Positions 9,656 through 19,402 of a stretch of DNA of 64,000 bases are shown here, piece by piece. Positions within the stretch are counted from its first letter, which is position 1; every line of letters starts with the position of its first letter. The stretch is from the NCBI GenBank assembly GCA_052390235.1, contig JBQTHB010000003.1:224001-288000 (forward strand). The letters are read 5' to 3'. The notes below the pieces were generated by a model, which was given only the letters and a program-made list of their open reading frames with translations, was not told where the DNA came from and made no database searches. Position numbers and translations under genes: made by a program. This DNA comes from Deltaproteobacteria bacterium (GTDB lineage: Bacteria > Desulfobacterota_D > UBA1144 > Nemesobacterales > CSP1-2).

Positions 9656-11722
9656 TCATGATGTGGACGCATCCGTCTCATGAGCGCGGCTGATAGTGTC
9701 TCCCGCCCCCGCGCCGTATAAAACGGGAACGAGCGAGATTTTCCTCCTCAGAGGGTCAACGCTCCGCACCACAAGAGCGATTTCATCCCCCTCGCGCATC
9801 TCGAACTGAACCGGTATCGGCGTCTCAAATAGATAATCCATCAGATACGCCGATGCCCCTCTGTCGGAGACATAGCTCACGACGCCGCGAATCTCTCGTC
9901 CCTCGAAATCCTTTAGATATTTAAGGAGCCAGTATCTATCTCTGGTTCGCTGAATCATCTTCTTCTCCCTAAGCCCAAGCTCTATCTGCATATACATCCG
10001 CTCAAGCTCCTCGGCCGAGTAAGCCGCGCCCTCGCCCGTGAGTTCGCCAATAATCTGCCTGTGCAAAACGAGGTCGAAATATCGCCTTATGGGGGAGGTA
10101 ACTTGCACATAAACGTCAAGCCCAAGGGACTGATGCGGCTCAGGGCACAAACCCACTCTCGCGGGTTTGAGAAACTTCACCGCCCGAAGCGCAAAGAGCG
10201 GGTCGTTCTCATCGAGAGACTTTGCGTCGTCCGAAATCGGTTCGGACTGGGAGCGAAACACCCCCGGAATTTCCTTGTCCCTGAGAAATCTTCCGGCAAG
10301 CCAGTTCATAAGTATCATGCACTCGGATACTACGGTGTTCGCCACGGTGTTCATATAAATTTTTCTAATCGTAATGCCGCCGTCTTGGCGAATACCGATT
10401 TTAATCTGCGGAAGCTCCACGAGAAACGCCCCCGCGTCAACCCTCTTTTTGCGGAGCGCTGAGGAGAGCGCAATTAATTTCCGCCCCCAAGAGCTTTGCC
10501 CGAAAAAATTCTCGCTCTCCGTGTAGGTCAGATTTCTCCTCACGGCGATTTTCGATTGTGTAAATCTGTAGCTCCTGAGGTTAAATGTCTCATCGAACGA
10601 GGCTAGAAGCGAGAGCGAGAGCTTGGACGCGCCTTGAAACAGGCTCAGTTTCTCCCTGATGAGTTCCTTGGGAAACATATGGATGTGTCCTTCGGGGATA
10701 TAGATAGTCTCTCCGCGCCTTGCCGCCTCTTCGTCAAGCGGACTCCATTTCGGGATAAAAGCGGCGACGTTGGCAATATGGACTCCGAGAGTGAATCCCT
10801 CCTGAGTTTCCGTGAGCGAGATGGCGTCGTCAATGTCCTCAGTGGTCTCGTCGTCAACCGAATAGGCTTCGAGGTGCGTGAGGTCTTCGACGCCCTCTTC
10901 CGGGGCGGAATCGTCAATTATGCGGCGCAACTCTTCGGTCGCCTTTTTGGGGAATCTGCCGTCAACGCCGAGGCGGCGGAGTATCGGGTCTTCGTCCTCT
11001 CGCCAGCATCCGGCTTTGATTAAAAATTCAAGCGCGCCTTCGACGTCTCGAATCCCGGATTCAGCCATGAAGGATTTGGCGTCCGTCGCCCTCTCGAATT
11101 TATCGAGATGAATCACATACCCCTTGAGAAGCTCCACAAATCCGGCGAAATCCCCCGCGTCGGCGGATGAGTCGTCGCGCTCTTCGGCGATGGCCCTTGC
11201 CCACTTCACAGCGGCGCGCCTCTCGGCGATTTTCTTGGATTCGAGCTCTCTTCGATGGACAATATCCTCGACATCTTTCACCGTGTGAGGGATGTAGCCG
11301 CACTCTCCTCTCTTAAAATAGACTTCGGTTTTCTCTATAGCCCAGAAGAGCAGAAGCGCCTCTTTTTGGCGGGTGGATGAGTCTTTGCCCAAGTACAGCT
11401 CGATGATTTCGTCCAGGGTTATCTCTGCGCCGAGGTCAAAAACGCACTCCCAGATGGTTTTGAGGTCAACCTTCGGGACGCTCTCGTCAAGCTCGCGCCT
11501 CAGCCCCCGCAAAGCGAGTTTCTTCTCGGATTGATTGAGTTCGTCGCTGAGCTTAATGCCAGCCGGGAGAACCACTTTTTCATAATCCACCTCGACCTCT
11601 TTGCCCTCTTCCGAGAACACAGAGAATTTCGCCCCCGCACCCTCGGTTATTACGCCAAGGGAAGGCTCTTTCCTCTTTCTGAATATAATAACTTCGCCGT
11701 GCTTCGGTATTCTTTTAATCAT
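9656..11722 (-). CDS. RNB-domain exoribonuclease (RNase II family)
   Basis: SVDDETTEDIDDAIS catalytic motif, VTSPIRRYFDL, C-terminal S1-like region. Confidence 0.88.
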   Translation of the reverse strand: MIKRIPKHGEVIIFRKRKEPSLGVITEGAGAKFSVFSEEGKEVEVDYEKVVLPAGIKLSDELNQSEKKLALRGLRRELDESVPKVDLKTIWECVFDLGAEITLDEIIELYLGKDSSTRQKEALLLFWAIEKTEVYFKRGECGYIPHTVKDVEDIVHRRELESKKIAERRAAVKWARAIAEERDDSSADAGDFAGFVELLKGYVIHLDKFERATDAKSFMAESGIRDVEGALEFLIKAGCWREDEDPILRRLGVDGRFPKKATEELRRIIDDSAPEEGVEDLTHLEAYSVDDETTEDIDDAISLTETQEGFTLGVHIANVAAFIPKWSPLDEEAARRGETIYIPEGHIHMFPKELIREKLSLFQGASKLSLSLLASFDETFNLRSYRFTQSKIAVRRNLTYTESENFFGQSSWGRKLIALSSALRKKRVDAGAFLVELPQIKIGIRQDGGITIRKIYMNTVANTVVSECMILMNWLAGRFLRDKEIPGVFRSQSEPISDDAKSLDENDPLFALRAVKFLKPARVGLCPEPHQSLGLDVYVQVTSPIRRYFDLVLHRQIIGELTGEGAAYSAEELERMYMQIELGLREKKMIQRTRDRYWLLKYLKDFEGREIRGVVSYVSDRGASAYLMDYLFETPIPVQFEMREGDEIALVVRSVDPLRRKISLVPVLYGAGAGDTISRAHETDASTS

Positions 11723-11835
11723 AGCTCGCCAATAGTGTATATAAGAGAGTTCCGTATTTGCAATAATAACGGCTCTTGGGGAGTTGCCGCGGGGGATTTA
11801 AGCGAGAATCCTTCGGGCGCCTCGGTAGTTTTATT

Positions 11836-11909
11836 TGGCTGGGGCGGGTGGACTCGAACCACCATAGCGGGCTTCAAAGGCCCGAGTCCTGCCGTTAGAC
11901 GACGCCCCA
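11836..11909 (-). tRNA. tRNA-Gln (TTG)
   Basis: TGGGGCGTCGTCTAACGGCAGGACTCGGGCCTTTGAAGCCCGCTATGGTGGTTCGAGTCCACCCGCCCCAGCCA: cloverleaf with anticodon loop CTTTGAA and encoded CCA; usual position downstream of ispE. Confidence 0.95.
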
Positions 11910-11970
11910 ACCGTGCGAAAACAGGATTAAAATCCTACCGAGCATTTATCCCGAAGGCAAATAAAGCGCT

Positions 11971-12837
11971 TTAAAACAGCCTGTGCCAGCCTGAAATTGC
12001 CTCTGCCAAAAAGACCGAGAGCGAATCGCCCCCCTGGAGATAATCGTAAATCTCGCGGGCTTCCCTCTCGTTGGCGAATACGGCATAGACGCTTGAGCCG
12101 CTTCCGGTCATGGAGACGGCTTTCGCGCCTAATCCGGTTAGGGTTTCCTTAATTTTCTGTATTTGAGGATAGAGAGCGGCGGCGGGTTTTTCCAGGTCGT
12201 TTCCGAGGGGATGCCCCCCGCTTTTAAAGAGCGCGGCAGCATCTTGCGGCGCGGGGGAATTCTCTGCGGTTTCGTCCCATTTTTCATAGACGGTTTTCGT
12301 AGAGGTTTCAAATCCCGGATGAACGATGACATAGTGATAAAGGGGGAAATCCCGAATCTGTGTGAGCCTCTCGCCTATCCCTTCGGCAATGGCGGCTCGG
12401 CAGTGGATGAAAAAAGGAACGTCCGCCCCTATCTGCGCCGAGAGTTTCACTAATTCGCCTTGGGTAAATTTTTTTGTGAGCCTATTCAACCCCACTAGGG
12501 TTGCCGCCGCATTCGAGCTTCCGCCGCCGAGTCCCGCGCCTAGCGGGATTTTTTTCTTTATCGAGATTTTTACTCCGAGCCTGCCCATACCGCCCTCGCG
12601 GACGAAGAGCGAAGCCGCCCGCCATGCCAAATTATCCTCTCCCCTGGGGGTTTTAATCCCCGAAGAGGCCACTTCAATCCCTAGCGGCGAGTTGGCGGCG
12701 ACCTCAAGGGATACTTCGTCAAATAGACTCACGGGCTGCATTATAGAGCGGATTTCATGATAGCCATCCGCCCTCCTGCTCAAGACCTCGAGGGTTAAAT
12801 TCACTTTTGCCGGCGAAAGCAGTGTAATTGAGCGCAT
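11971..12837 (-). CDS. ispE: 4-diphosphocytidyl-2-C-methyl-D-erythritol kinase
   Basis: SPAKVNLTLEV, KKIPLGAGLGGGSSNAA, GADVPFF, MTGSGS. Confidence 0.95.
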   Translation of the reverse strand: MRSITLLSPAKVNLTLEVLSRRADGYHEIRSIMQPVSLFDEVSLEVAANSPLGIEVASSGIKTPRGEDNLAWRAASLFVREGGMGRLGVKISIKKKIPLGAGLGGGSSNAAATLVGLNRLTKKFTQGELVKLSAQIGADVPFFIHCRAAIAEGIGERLTQIRDFPLYHYVIVHPGFETSTKTVYEKWDETAENSPAPQDAAALFKSGGHPLGNDLEKPAAALYPQIQKIKETLTGLGAKAVSMTGSGSSVYAVFANEREAREIYDYLQGGDSLSVFLAEAISGWHRLF

Positions 12838-12885
12838 CTGTAGAGGGGTTTGCGGGAATTTAGCTCACGCTCCCACAGGGTTGAG

Positions 12886-12913
12886 ATTGTATGTAAAGCT
12901 CAGCCCATGTCAA
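12886..12913 (-). promoter_or_regulatory. Putative sigma-70 promoter of ispE-tRNA-Gln
   Basis: Minus strand TTGACA-N16-TACAAT, about 50 bp upstream of the ispE ATG. Confidence 0.55.
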
Positions 12914-13029
12914 TTTATCGCGGATTCGGCGCGCGGGATAAAATTTACTCACAATGAAAATTAGCGATTGAATATGGGGGCGAAATATAATACTATGCCA
13001 ATAAAATTCCCTATATCAGGAGGAATCAG

Positions 13030-13335
13030 ATGAAACAATTTGCAAGCGCGTTTATTTGTCTCCTAGTGGTCGCATCGCTCATAAGTTGTGCTGGCACCCG
13101 GACCAGAGAAAGCACCGGAGAGTACATTGACGACACCGCCATAACCACCAAGGTAAAAGCCGCCCTTCTGGCAGACCCGGAGGTCAGCGGATTGGCTATT
13201 AGCGTGGAAACATTCAAGGGCGTGGTTCAGCTAAGCGGTTTTGTTGACAGCAAAGCCCACGGTCAGCGGGCGGTTGAAATTGCAAGGTCAATAAAAGGGG
13301 TCAAAGGGGTCAAAAACAACACGTCGCTAAAGTAG
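13030..13335 (+). CDS. BON-domain (OsmY-like) lipoprotein
   Basis: Lipobox LISC; GEYIDDTAITTKVKAALL...ISVETFKGVVQLSGFV. Confidence 0.9.
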   Translation: MKQFASAFICLLVVASLISCAGTRTRESTGEYIDDTAITTKVKAALLADPEVSGLAISVETFKGVVQLSGFVDSKAHGQRAVEIARSIKGVKGVKNNTSLK

Positions 13336-13552
13336 AGCAGGCGCTGCTTAATGATTTTTTTCTCTCCAACTGAGTTCGGCGCAGGAGTTTGGGCGAGATG
13401 CGAAAAAGAAAGTCCCCCTCAATGCTCGGCGCCGGGCAAGGTGGGCAGGATTAGAGCGTGAAAATAATTGTTTTAGAGAGGTCTTGATTTATTTTAATTT
13501 GTTCTTGTGGTAGTCTATAATGCCAAATCACTTAATTAGGAGGGTTTGGTAA

Positions 13553-13882
13553 ATGTCTATGTTTAAAAAGCTTCTAACGGTTGCGGGTATTGGCGTGTTT
13601 GCCATCGGGCTTGGCGCTTGTCCGGAGAAGAAGGAAGAGGCCCCGGCTGAGACAACCACAATCGAAGAGGGCGCGGAAAAGGCTGGGGAGATGATGGAAG
13701 AGGGCGCGGAAAAGGCTGGGGAGATGATGGAAGAGGGCGCTGAGAAAGCCGGCGAGATGATGGAAGAGGGCGCTGAGAAAGCCGGCGAGATGATGGAAGA
13801 GGGCGCTGAGAAAGCCGGCGAGATGATGGAAGAGGGCAAGGAGAAAGCCGGCGAGATGATGGAAGGGGAAACAAAGCCGTAG
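13553..13882 (+). CDS. Lipoprotein with 11-residue tandem repeats (LEA-like)
   Basis: Lipobox GLGAC; EEGAEKAGEMM x5 plus EEGKEKAGEMM; AGGAGG RBS. Confidence 0.8.
   Translation: MSMFKKLLTVAGIGVFAIGLGACPEKKEEAPAETTTIEEGAEKAGEMMEEGAEKAGEMMEEGAEKAGEMMEEGAEKAGEMMEEGAEKAGEMMEEGKEKAGEMMEGETKP
13664..13861 (+). repeat. 33-bp coding tandem repeat, 6 units
   Basis: GAAGAGGGCGC(G/T)GA(A/G)AA(G/A)GC(T/C)GG(G/C)GAGATGATG repeated head to tail with no spacers. Confidence 0.95.
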
Positions 13883-14025
13883 GTTTTATTTAATATAGAT
13901 GAAATTGTTAATCATTTAGGTCATACACATCCGACAATTTCTCATTCCAATATTCAGCCAGTAAATAACCGGTTCGGGGATTCCTTGGCTTGAAATTTAC
14001 GAACCCCTGCGAATCCGACAAAGCT

Positions 14026-14060
14026 ACCCCGCCGCCTCACAAAGCGACGGGGTTTTTTAT
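14026..14060 (+). terminator. Rho-independent terminator
   Basis: ACCCCGCCGC-loop-GCGACGGGGT followed by a T run. Confidence 0.75.
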
Positions 14061-14166
14061 TGCCTAATTTTGAGCGCTATGGCGTCTTCAATCCTAATTT
14101 CAATCCCTTGGGCGAGTCCGCAGATTTCGAGTTGAGGGGGCTAAATTCACAGTGAGGAGAAATTCT

Positions 14167-14487
14167 ATGGGCTGGGGTTATCTCATTATCGCGGGGATTC
14201 TCGAAGTTCTCTGGGCTGTGGGGCTTAAATACACATACGGGTTCACGAGGATTACGCCCTCAGTTTTTACCGTCGCGGTGATGATAGCGAGTTTTATTTT
14301 TCTCTCCCTCGCGCTCAAGACCATACCGCTCGGCACGGGATACGCGATTTGGACTGGGATTGGCGCAGTTGGCACGACAACGCTGGGAATAATTCTATTT
14401 GCCGAGCCTGCGACCGCCGTGAGACTCGGATGTATAGGGTTAATTGTCGCCGGAATCGCCGGGCTCAAAATTACTTCGGGTCATTAA
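14167..14487 (+). CDS. sugE: SMR family exporter, SugE/Gdx type
   Basis: WGYLIIAGILEVLWAVGLK, IPLGTGYAIWTGIG; 4 TM segments. Confidence 0.88.
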   Translation: MGWGYLIIAGILEVLWAVGLKYTYGFTRITPSVFTVAVMIASFIFLSLALKTIPLGTGYAIWTGIGAVGTTTLGIILFAEPATAVRLGCIGLIVAGIAGLKITSGH

Positions 14488-14533
14488 ACCTTGGGAATTT
14501 TAATTTCTCGTTTTTTTATAATATACTGCTTGG

Positions 14534-15349
14534 GTGAACACAGAATTTTTAAAAAATATCCCCCTGCTGTCCGAATTAACAAATCTAGAGCTAGCCACCT
14601 TAGTTGCCCTGCTTGAGCCTCGCGACTTCAAGCCCAATGAGACCATTTTCTGGATAGGCGATACAGGAGCGGATTTCTATATCGTGCAGTCGGGGCAAGT
14701 CCTCCTGACCTACCCTGACGAAGCAGGGGTCGAAAACACCCTTGCCCTTCTCAGCCCCGGAGACTTTTTCGGGGAGATTTCGCTGATTGACAACAGCGCC
14801 CGCACCGCCACCTCGCGCGCGGTTGGCGATACGAGGCTCCTGTGCCTCTCGCGGGAGAACTTTCTTGAGTTTATGAAAACGCACCCTTCTTTCACTATTC
14901 AGATTCTGCGGATGCTAGTACACCGCCAGCGGGAAACCCTTGAACAGCTAAGGGGAGCGCGTAACCTCAATAAAATCATCGAGGAGATGAACGAAAAAGG
15001 TCCCTCGTGGAATCGAATAGCCGATAAAATAGCGGCGTTCAGCGGTAGTAAAGTATTTCTGCTGATTCATGTGTTTTGGTTCAGCCTATGGACATTTGGC
15101 AATACAATTCTCGGCGGTAGAGCCTTTGACCCCTTCCCCTTCGGACTCCTCACGATGATAGTCTCGCTGGAAGCGATATTTCTCTCAATATTTGTGCTGG
15201 TGAGCGCCAACCGCCAGAGTGAAAAAGACCGTGTGCGCGCCGATTTAGATTATCAGGTAAACCTCAAAGCCGAAGCAGAAATCATGCGCCTTCACGGTAA
15301 AATAGACCTGATTCAAAGCCGAATCCAGAATTTCACCGGCGGACGATAA
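14534..15349 (+). CDS. Cyclic-nucleotide-binding domain plus DUF1003 membrane protein
   Basis: [11 protein letters not shown]...RTA cNMP motif; [28 protein letters not shown]1003-like motif. Confidence 0.85.
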   Translation: MNTEFLKNIPLLSELTNLELATLVALLEPRDFKPNETIFWIGDTGADFYIVQSGQVLLTYPDEAGVENTLALLSPGDFFGEISLIDNSARTATSRAVGDTRLLCLSRENFLEFMKTHPSFTIQILRMLVHRQRETLEQLRGARNLNKIIEEMNEKGPSWNRIADKIAAFSGSKVFLLIHVFWFSLWTFGNTILGGRAFDPFPFGLLTMIVSLEAIFLSIFVLVSANRQSEKDRVRADLDYQVNLKAEAEIMRLHGKIDLIQSRIQNFTGGR

Positions 15350-15428
15350 TAGCGTTGCGCGCTGGGCTGAAACCGTACCGGCGCTTCTGCATCCTATAGT
15401 ATTAAAACCCTATAACGGAGGCGATTTA

Positions 15429-16514
15429 ATGTCGAGAAATTTTACTCTGGGCTTCTTCTCCCTCCTCGCGCTTGCATTCCTGGCGCTTGGACAGGTGAGC
15501 TTACACGCCAAGGAAGGCAAACTTGAGAAGGCGACCCTTGCGGGAGGGTGCTTCTGGTGCATGGAGCCGCCCTTTGAAAAATTGGACGGAGTAAAAGAGG
15601 TAATCTCAGGCTACACAGGGGGGCAGAAAGAAAACCCCACTTACGAACAGGTGTCGGCAGGCGGAACGGGACACATCGAGAGCGTTGAGGTCATTTACGA
15701 CCCGGCGAAAATCAGCTACTCGGACATCCTGAAGGTGTTTTGGATGCAAATTGACCCGACAGACCCAAGCGGCCAGTTCGTTGACAGAGGCCCTCAGTAC
15801 CGCTCGGCGATTTTCTATCACAGCGACGAGCAAAAGCGCGTAGCCGAGAAATCCAAACGCGAGCTTGAGAAATCCGGCAGATTCCCTAAACCCATTGTTA
15901 CCGAGCTTATAAAAGCCGAGACATTTTATAGAGCCGAGGAGTATCATCAGGATTTCTATAAAAAAAGCTCGATACGATACAAATACTACCGCTACAACTC
16001 AGGCAGAGACCAATTCATCAAAAAAACATGGGGAGATGAAAAAATGAGCGATACGTCCGCATCGGCGGAAGACAGGAAGTACGTGAAACCATCGGACGAG
16101 GTTCTCAAAAAGAAGCTGACTCCGATTCAATACCAAGTTACTCAGCACGAAGGCACGGAAAGGGCTTTTAGCAACGAATACTGGAATAATAAAAAAGCCG
16201 GAATCTACGTGGATGTCGTTTCAGGCGAGCCGCTCTTTAGCTCGCACGATAAATACGACTCCGGCACGGGCTGGCCCAGCTTCACAAAACCCATCGTCGC
16301 TGGGAATATCGTGGAGAGGGTTGATAAGAGCCTGTTCATGAGCAGAACCGAGGTCAGGAGCAAGCACGGCGACTCCCACCTTGGTCATGTATTTGATGAT
16401 GGCCCTGAGCCTACTGGACTGCGCTACTGCATGAATTCGGCGTCTATGCGCTTTATTCCCAAAGAGGATTTGGATAAAGAGGGCTACGGCGAATTCTCAA
16501 AGCTCTTTAAATAA
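15429..16514 (+). CDS. msrAB: Peptide-methionine sulfoxide reductase MsrA/MsrB fusion, exported
   Basis: Signal peptide; AGGCFWC (MsrA), DSGTGWPSF and GLRYCMNS (MsrB). Confidence 0.95.
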   Translation: MSRNFTLGFFSLLALAFLALGQVSLHAKEGKLEKATLAGGCFWCMEPPFEKLDGVKEVISGYTGGQKENPTYEQVSAGGTGHIESVEVIYDPAKISYSDILKVFWMQIDPTDPSGQFVDRGPQYRSAIFYHSDEQKRVAEKSKRELEKSGRFPKPIVTELIKAETFYRAEEYHQDFYKKSSIRYKYYRYNSGRDQFIKKTWGDEKMSDTSASAEDRKYVKPSDEVLKKKLTPIQYQVTQHEGTERAFSNEYWNNKKAGIYVDVVSGEPLFSSHDKYDSGTGWPSFTKPIVAGNIVERVDKSLFMSRTEVRSKHGDSHLGHVFDDGPEPTGLRYCMNSASMRFIPKEDLDKEGYGEFSKLFK

Positions 16515-16605
16515 GACGAGTATCAGAGGGGGGGCGCCCCGTCCGGCAGGAAATTGAGGTGTCCCCCACTCTTGCGCTAATTTGGTTTACCGCTCGTCTC
16601 CTGTC

Positions 16606-17628
16606 CTAGCGCTTTACCTTGACGCTGTACTCGCCAGTCCCCCTGGATTGATTGAAATGCCGAATTTGAACGAAGTACTGCCCCACAGCGAGGTCCGCAA
16701 TTATTCTCGCGTTAAAGCCCACGCCGCTGTCGTCGTCTTCGGCAATTAGGGCGGTTTGGCTATTGGGCCCAAAGAGCTTCATAACTAAATCTGTAGGGCC
16801 AGAGGTTTCCACCGTATAGCGCCCATTTTTCGCCGCGTTAAAGAAAAACAGGTCTTCATCCCCAGGAGCGCCGATGGAAGCCGATTTTGATACCCCGTTG
16901 ACACTGAGCTTAACCGCCTGAGCATTCGCCTGCTTGGGATAGGCGTCCGCGCCCGCGATAAAAGCTTTGTCCATGTCCGATAAGATTTCATTAGCCTCGG
17001 TGGCGATGCCGTTTTTAGTCCAGCGCGCGGGGAAGAAGTAGAGCATTATCGATTCGGGGTCGAATTTTGTTCCCTTAACCTGGTCGGCGGAGTATTTCTC
17101 CAAGACGTTATGCCTCACCTGGCTGGGAGTCCAGTTGTTCGGCGGGCCTCCCAAGTCCCGAATTACGACCTCCTCGTTCCACTCTATACCGCCGGAGGGG
17201 TTTTGATGCTCGTGTCCCAGGGCGAGGGCATGGCCAAATTCGTGCGCCGCAGTGCCGCCGTCGAGGAATCCGAGGTTCATCGTGGCTTGGCTCTGTGGGA
17301 TTCTCTTGCAGTCCGTGCCAACCCATGACCATGCCCCGTCGTTAGAGTCAAACGAGATGCGAATGTCGGCATCTAAATCGTTGCCGAATTGAAATTTAAT
17401 GTTGGCGTGCTGAGACCACCAGCCGGCTTGCTCCTTTGCGACGGATCTTTGGGATTCAGCGCCTCCCATGAACCGCACGCGCAGAGTCGAGCCATTTACC
17501 CACAGCTTACGAAATTCCAGCACTGCCCTCAGAGCGCCGCCGCCGCGGAGGGCGAGGGTTCTCTGCGGGCGCGATATATCCTGTGGCAGCACTCTATCAA
17601 CACAGACTTTAAGGGTTGAATCTGGCAT
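16606..17628 (-). CDS. Astacin/M12-like zinc metalloprotease with C-terminal PPC-like domain
   Basis: HEFGHALALGHEH zinc motif, SIMLY Met-turn, EDDDSG in C-terminal beta domain; start moved to ATG 17628 (AGGAGG RBS). Confidence 0.85.
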   Translation of the reverse strand: MPDSTLKVCVDRVLPQDISRPQRTLALRGGGALRAVLEFRKLWVNGSTLRVRFMGGAESQRSVAKEQAGWWSQHANIKFQFGNDLDADIRISFDSNDGAWSWVGTDCKRIPQSQATMNLGFLDGGTAAHEFGHALALGHEHQNPSGGIEWNEEVVIRDLGGPPNNWTPSQVRHNVLEKYSADQVKGTKFDPESIMLYFFPARWTKNGIATEANEILSDMDKAFIAGADAYPKQANAQAVKLSVNGVSKSASIGAPGDEDLFFFNAAKNGRYTVETSGPTDLVMKLFGPNSQTALIAEDDDSGVGFNARIIADLAVGQYFVQIRHFNQSRGTGEYSVKVKR

Positions 17629-17830
17629 AGGTATTACCTCCTTTTTACTATAGATTTTCATACGCCCCAGAGTGTGATTCCACTGCGCCGAGACGGTTTT
17701 CAGCATATTAGACCTCTTGAGCCGGCAAAATGTTCCCAAGATTCCGCCCACGCAACTCATCAGCGCGCATCTCGCACCTCCGCGCGAGAGCTTGATTAAA
17801 TCGGGCGGGGGATTAACCTTCATAGGCGAA

Positions 17831-19066
17831 ATGGATACTTTATTAATCCTCACCGCCGACAAAATTCTCCCGATTTCATCCCACCCAATAACTCGCGGGG
17901 GGGTTCTCATCAAAAACGGCAAAATTGTTGAGGTTGCCGACGCGCGCTCCCTTCGGAGCACATACCCAAACGCCGAACGGATGGAACTTGGAGCCGGAAT
18001 CCTACTGCCCGGATTTGTCAACGCCCACACTCATCTCGAACTCGGATGGATAACGCGGCGAATCGGAAAATTCGGCGGATTTACGGACTGGCTCAAGCAA
18101 ATCATAAGCGGCAAAACCGAGGGCATCGAGAGGGGGGAGATTGAATCCTCCGTCGAGAGCGGCTTAGCGTCCCTCATCCGAAGCGGCGTAACGAGCGTTG
18201 GGGAGGTCTCATCCTACGGGGGGATTGATAAACCCATCCTCCGCGAATCGGGGGTGCGCGCTGTGTTATTCACAGAGATTTTCGACCGCAACGCCGATTT
18301 ACTCGAATCCATACCATCCGAGAAATCCGAGAAATTTGAGGAGAGGCCCTTTCCCCACGCGCCCTATTCCTGCTCGCCGGAACTCCTCCAAAAGGTCATG
18401 GAATTCTCTGAGGCGAGGGATATTCCGTTCGGGATTCACCTTGCCGAAAGCCGGGAAGAGGTGAAATTCCTACGCAACGAGGCAAACGACTTCGACCGCA
18501 CAATATTTCCACAGGCGGGGAGGAAACCCTTTGACCGCGCAGGAGCGCAGACCCCGCTTGAACACCTAATCCATCTCGGTCTTTCAAAAAACGCCAGAGC
18601 CACGGCAGTTCACATGGTTCAGGTTCAGCCCCAAGAGGTCCCGGCAATTGCAAATCTCGGCTTAGGACTCGCGCTCTGCCCAAGGAGCAATCTATTTCTC
18701 CACTGCGGACTGCCTCCGCTGGGGAGTTACTTGAAACTCCCGAGGGTCGGTATAGGCACAGACGGGCTATCGAGTAATTTCAACCTCGATTTCCTCGAAG
18801 AACTCAGGTTTTTCTACCTGACATTTGCCAGAACCCTCGGCAGGGAAGCCGCCCAGTTCACGGTCTATCTGGCGACCCTAGGCGGGGCGAAGTGCCTATT
18901 TCTGGAGGATAGAATCGGGAGCGTGGAGGCAGGCAAAGAGGCGGATTTAATCTTCGTCAATCCAAGCGGCGGTTATCTAGACCCATACCTGTCAGTCATT
19001 TCATGCTCGGCGGCGGACGTTAAAATGGCTATGGTCGGGGGGGAAATTATACGGCAGATAAGTTGA
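17831..19066 (+). CDS. Metal-dependent amidohydrolase (deaminase family)
   Basis: PGFVNAHTHLE, PHAPYS, IHLAES, LCPRSN, GTDG; start moved to ATG 17831. Confidence 0.85.
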   Translation: MDTLLILTADKILPISSHPITRGGVLIKNGKIVEVADARSLRSTYPNAERMELGAGILLPGFVNAHTHLELGWITRRIGKFGGFTDWLKQIISGKTEGIERGEIESSVESGLASLIRSGVTSVGEVSSYGGIDKPILRESGVRAVLFTEIFDRNADLLESIPSEKSEKFEERPFPHAPYSCSPELLQKVMEFSEARDIPFGIHLAESREEVKFLRNEANDFDRTIFPQAGRKPFDRAGAQTPLEHLIHLGLSKNARATAVHMVQVQPQEVPAIANLGLGLALCPRSNLFLHCGLPPLGSYLKLPRVGIGTDGLSSNFNLDFLEELRFFYLTFARTLGREAAQFTVYLATLGGAKCLFLEDRIGSVEAGKEADLIFVNPSGGYLDPYLSVISCSAADVKMAMVGGEIIRQIS

Positions 19067-19113
19067 CAGCGCCCAGGAGACGCTTCGGTAATCGGCGGCG
19101 GTGCCTCCCGCCC

Positions 19114-19364
19114 TGTCATTCCCACGAAAGTAGAGAATCCATGATTCCACCTCCGCTCATGGGGAATGTGAAATGGATTCCCGCTCTAAAAACTGCGGGA
19201 ATGACAAACGAGCTTCTGCCATTCCGAGCGTAGCCCATATATGTCATTCTCACGAAAGTGGGAATCCATAGTTCGCCTCCGCTCCCTTCGCCTCCGCTCA
19301 GGGTGAAGATGAAATGGATTCCCGCTCTAAAGACTGCGGGAATGACAAACAAGCTTCTGCCATT
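19114..19364. repeat. Two tandem copies of a TGTCATT...AATGACA palindromic (REP-like) element
   Basis: TGTCATTC(C/T)CACGAAAGT...GAATCCAT...ATGGATTCCCGCTCTAAA(A/G)ACTGCGGGAATGACA at ~19114-19206 and ~19242-19347, both followed by a shared AGCTTCTGCCATT tail. Confidence 0.85.
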
Positions 19365-19402
19365 GCAACCCCCGCCCAGCAATGGAATAATTACCCCCCG
19401 AA

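Noticed and set aside
11836..11909. tRNA-Gln as an integration site
   Set aside because: No integrase and no duplicated tRNA 3' end seen; flanks are housekeeping genes.
13664..13861. 33-bp repeats as a CRISPR array
   Set aside because: Head-to-tail with no spacers, in frame within a lipoprotein, and variation mainly at synonymous positions.
17629..18030. N-terminal extensions making the protease and amidohydrolase overlap
   Set aside because: Better starts at 17628 (-) and 17831 (+) give an ordinary divergent pair.
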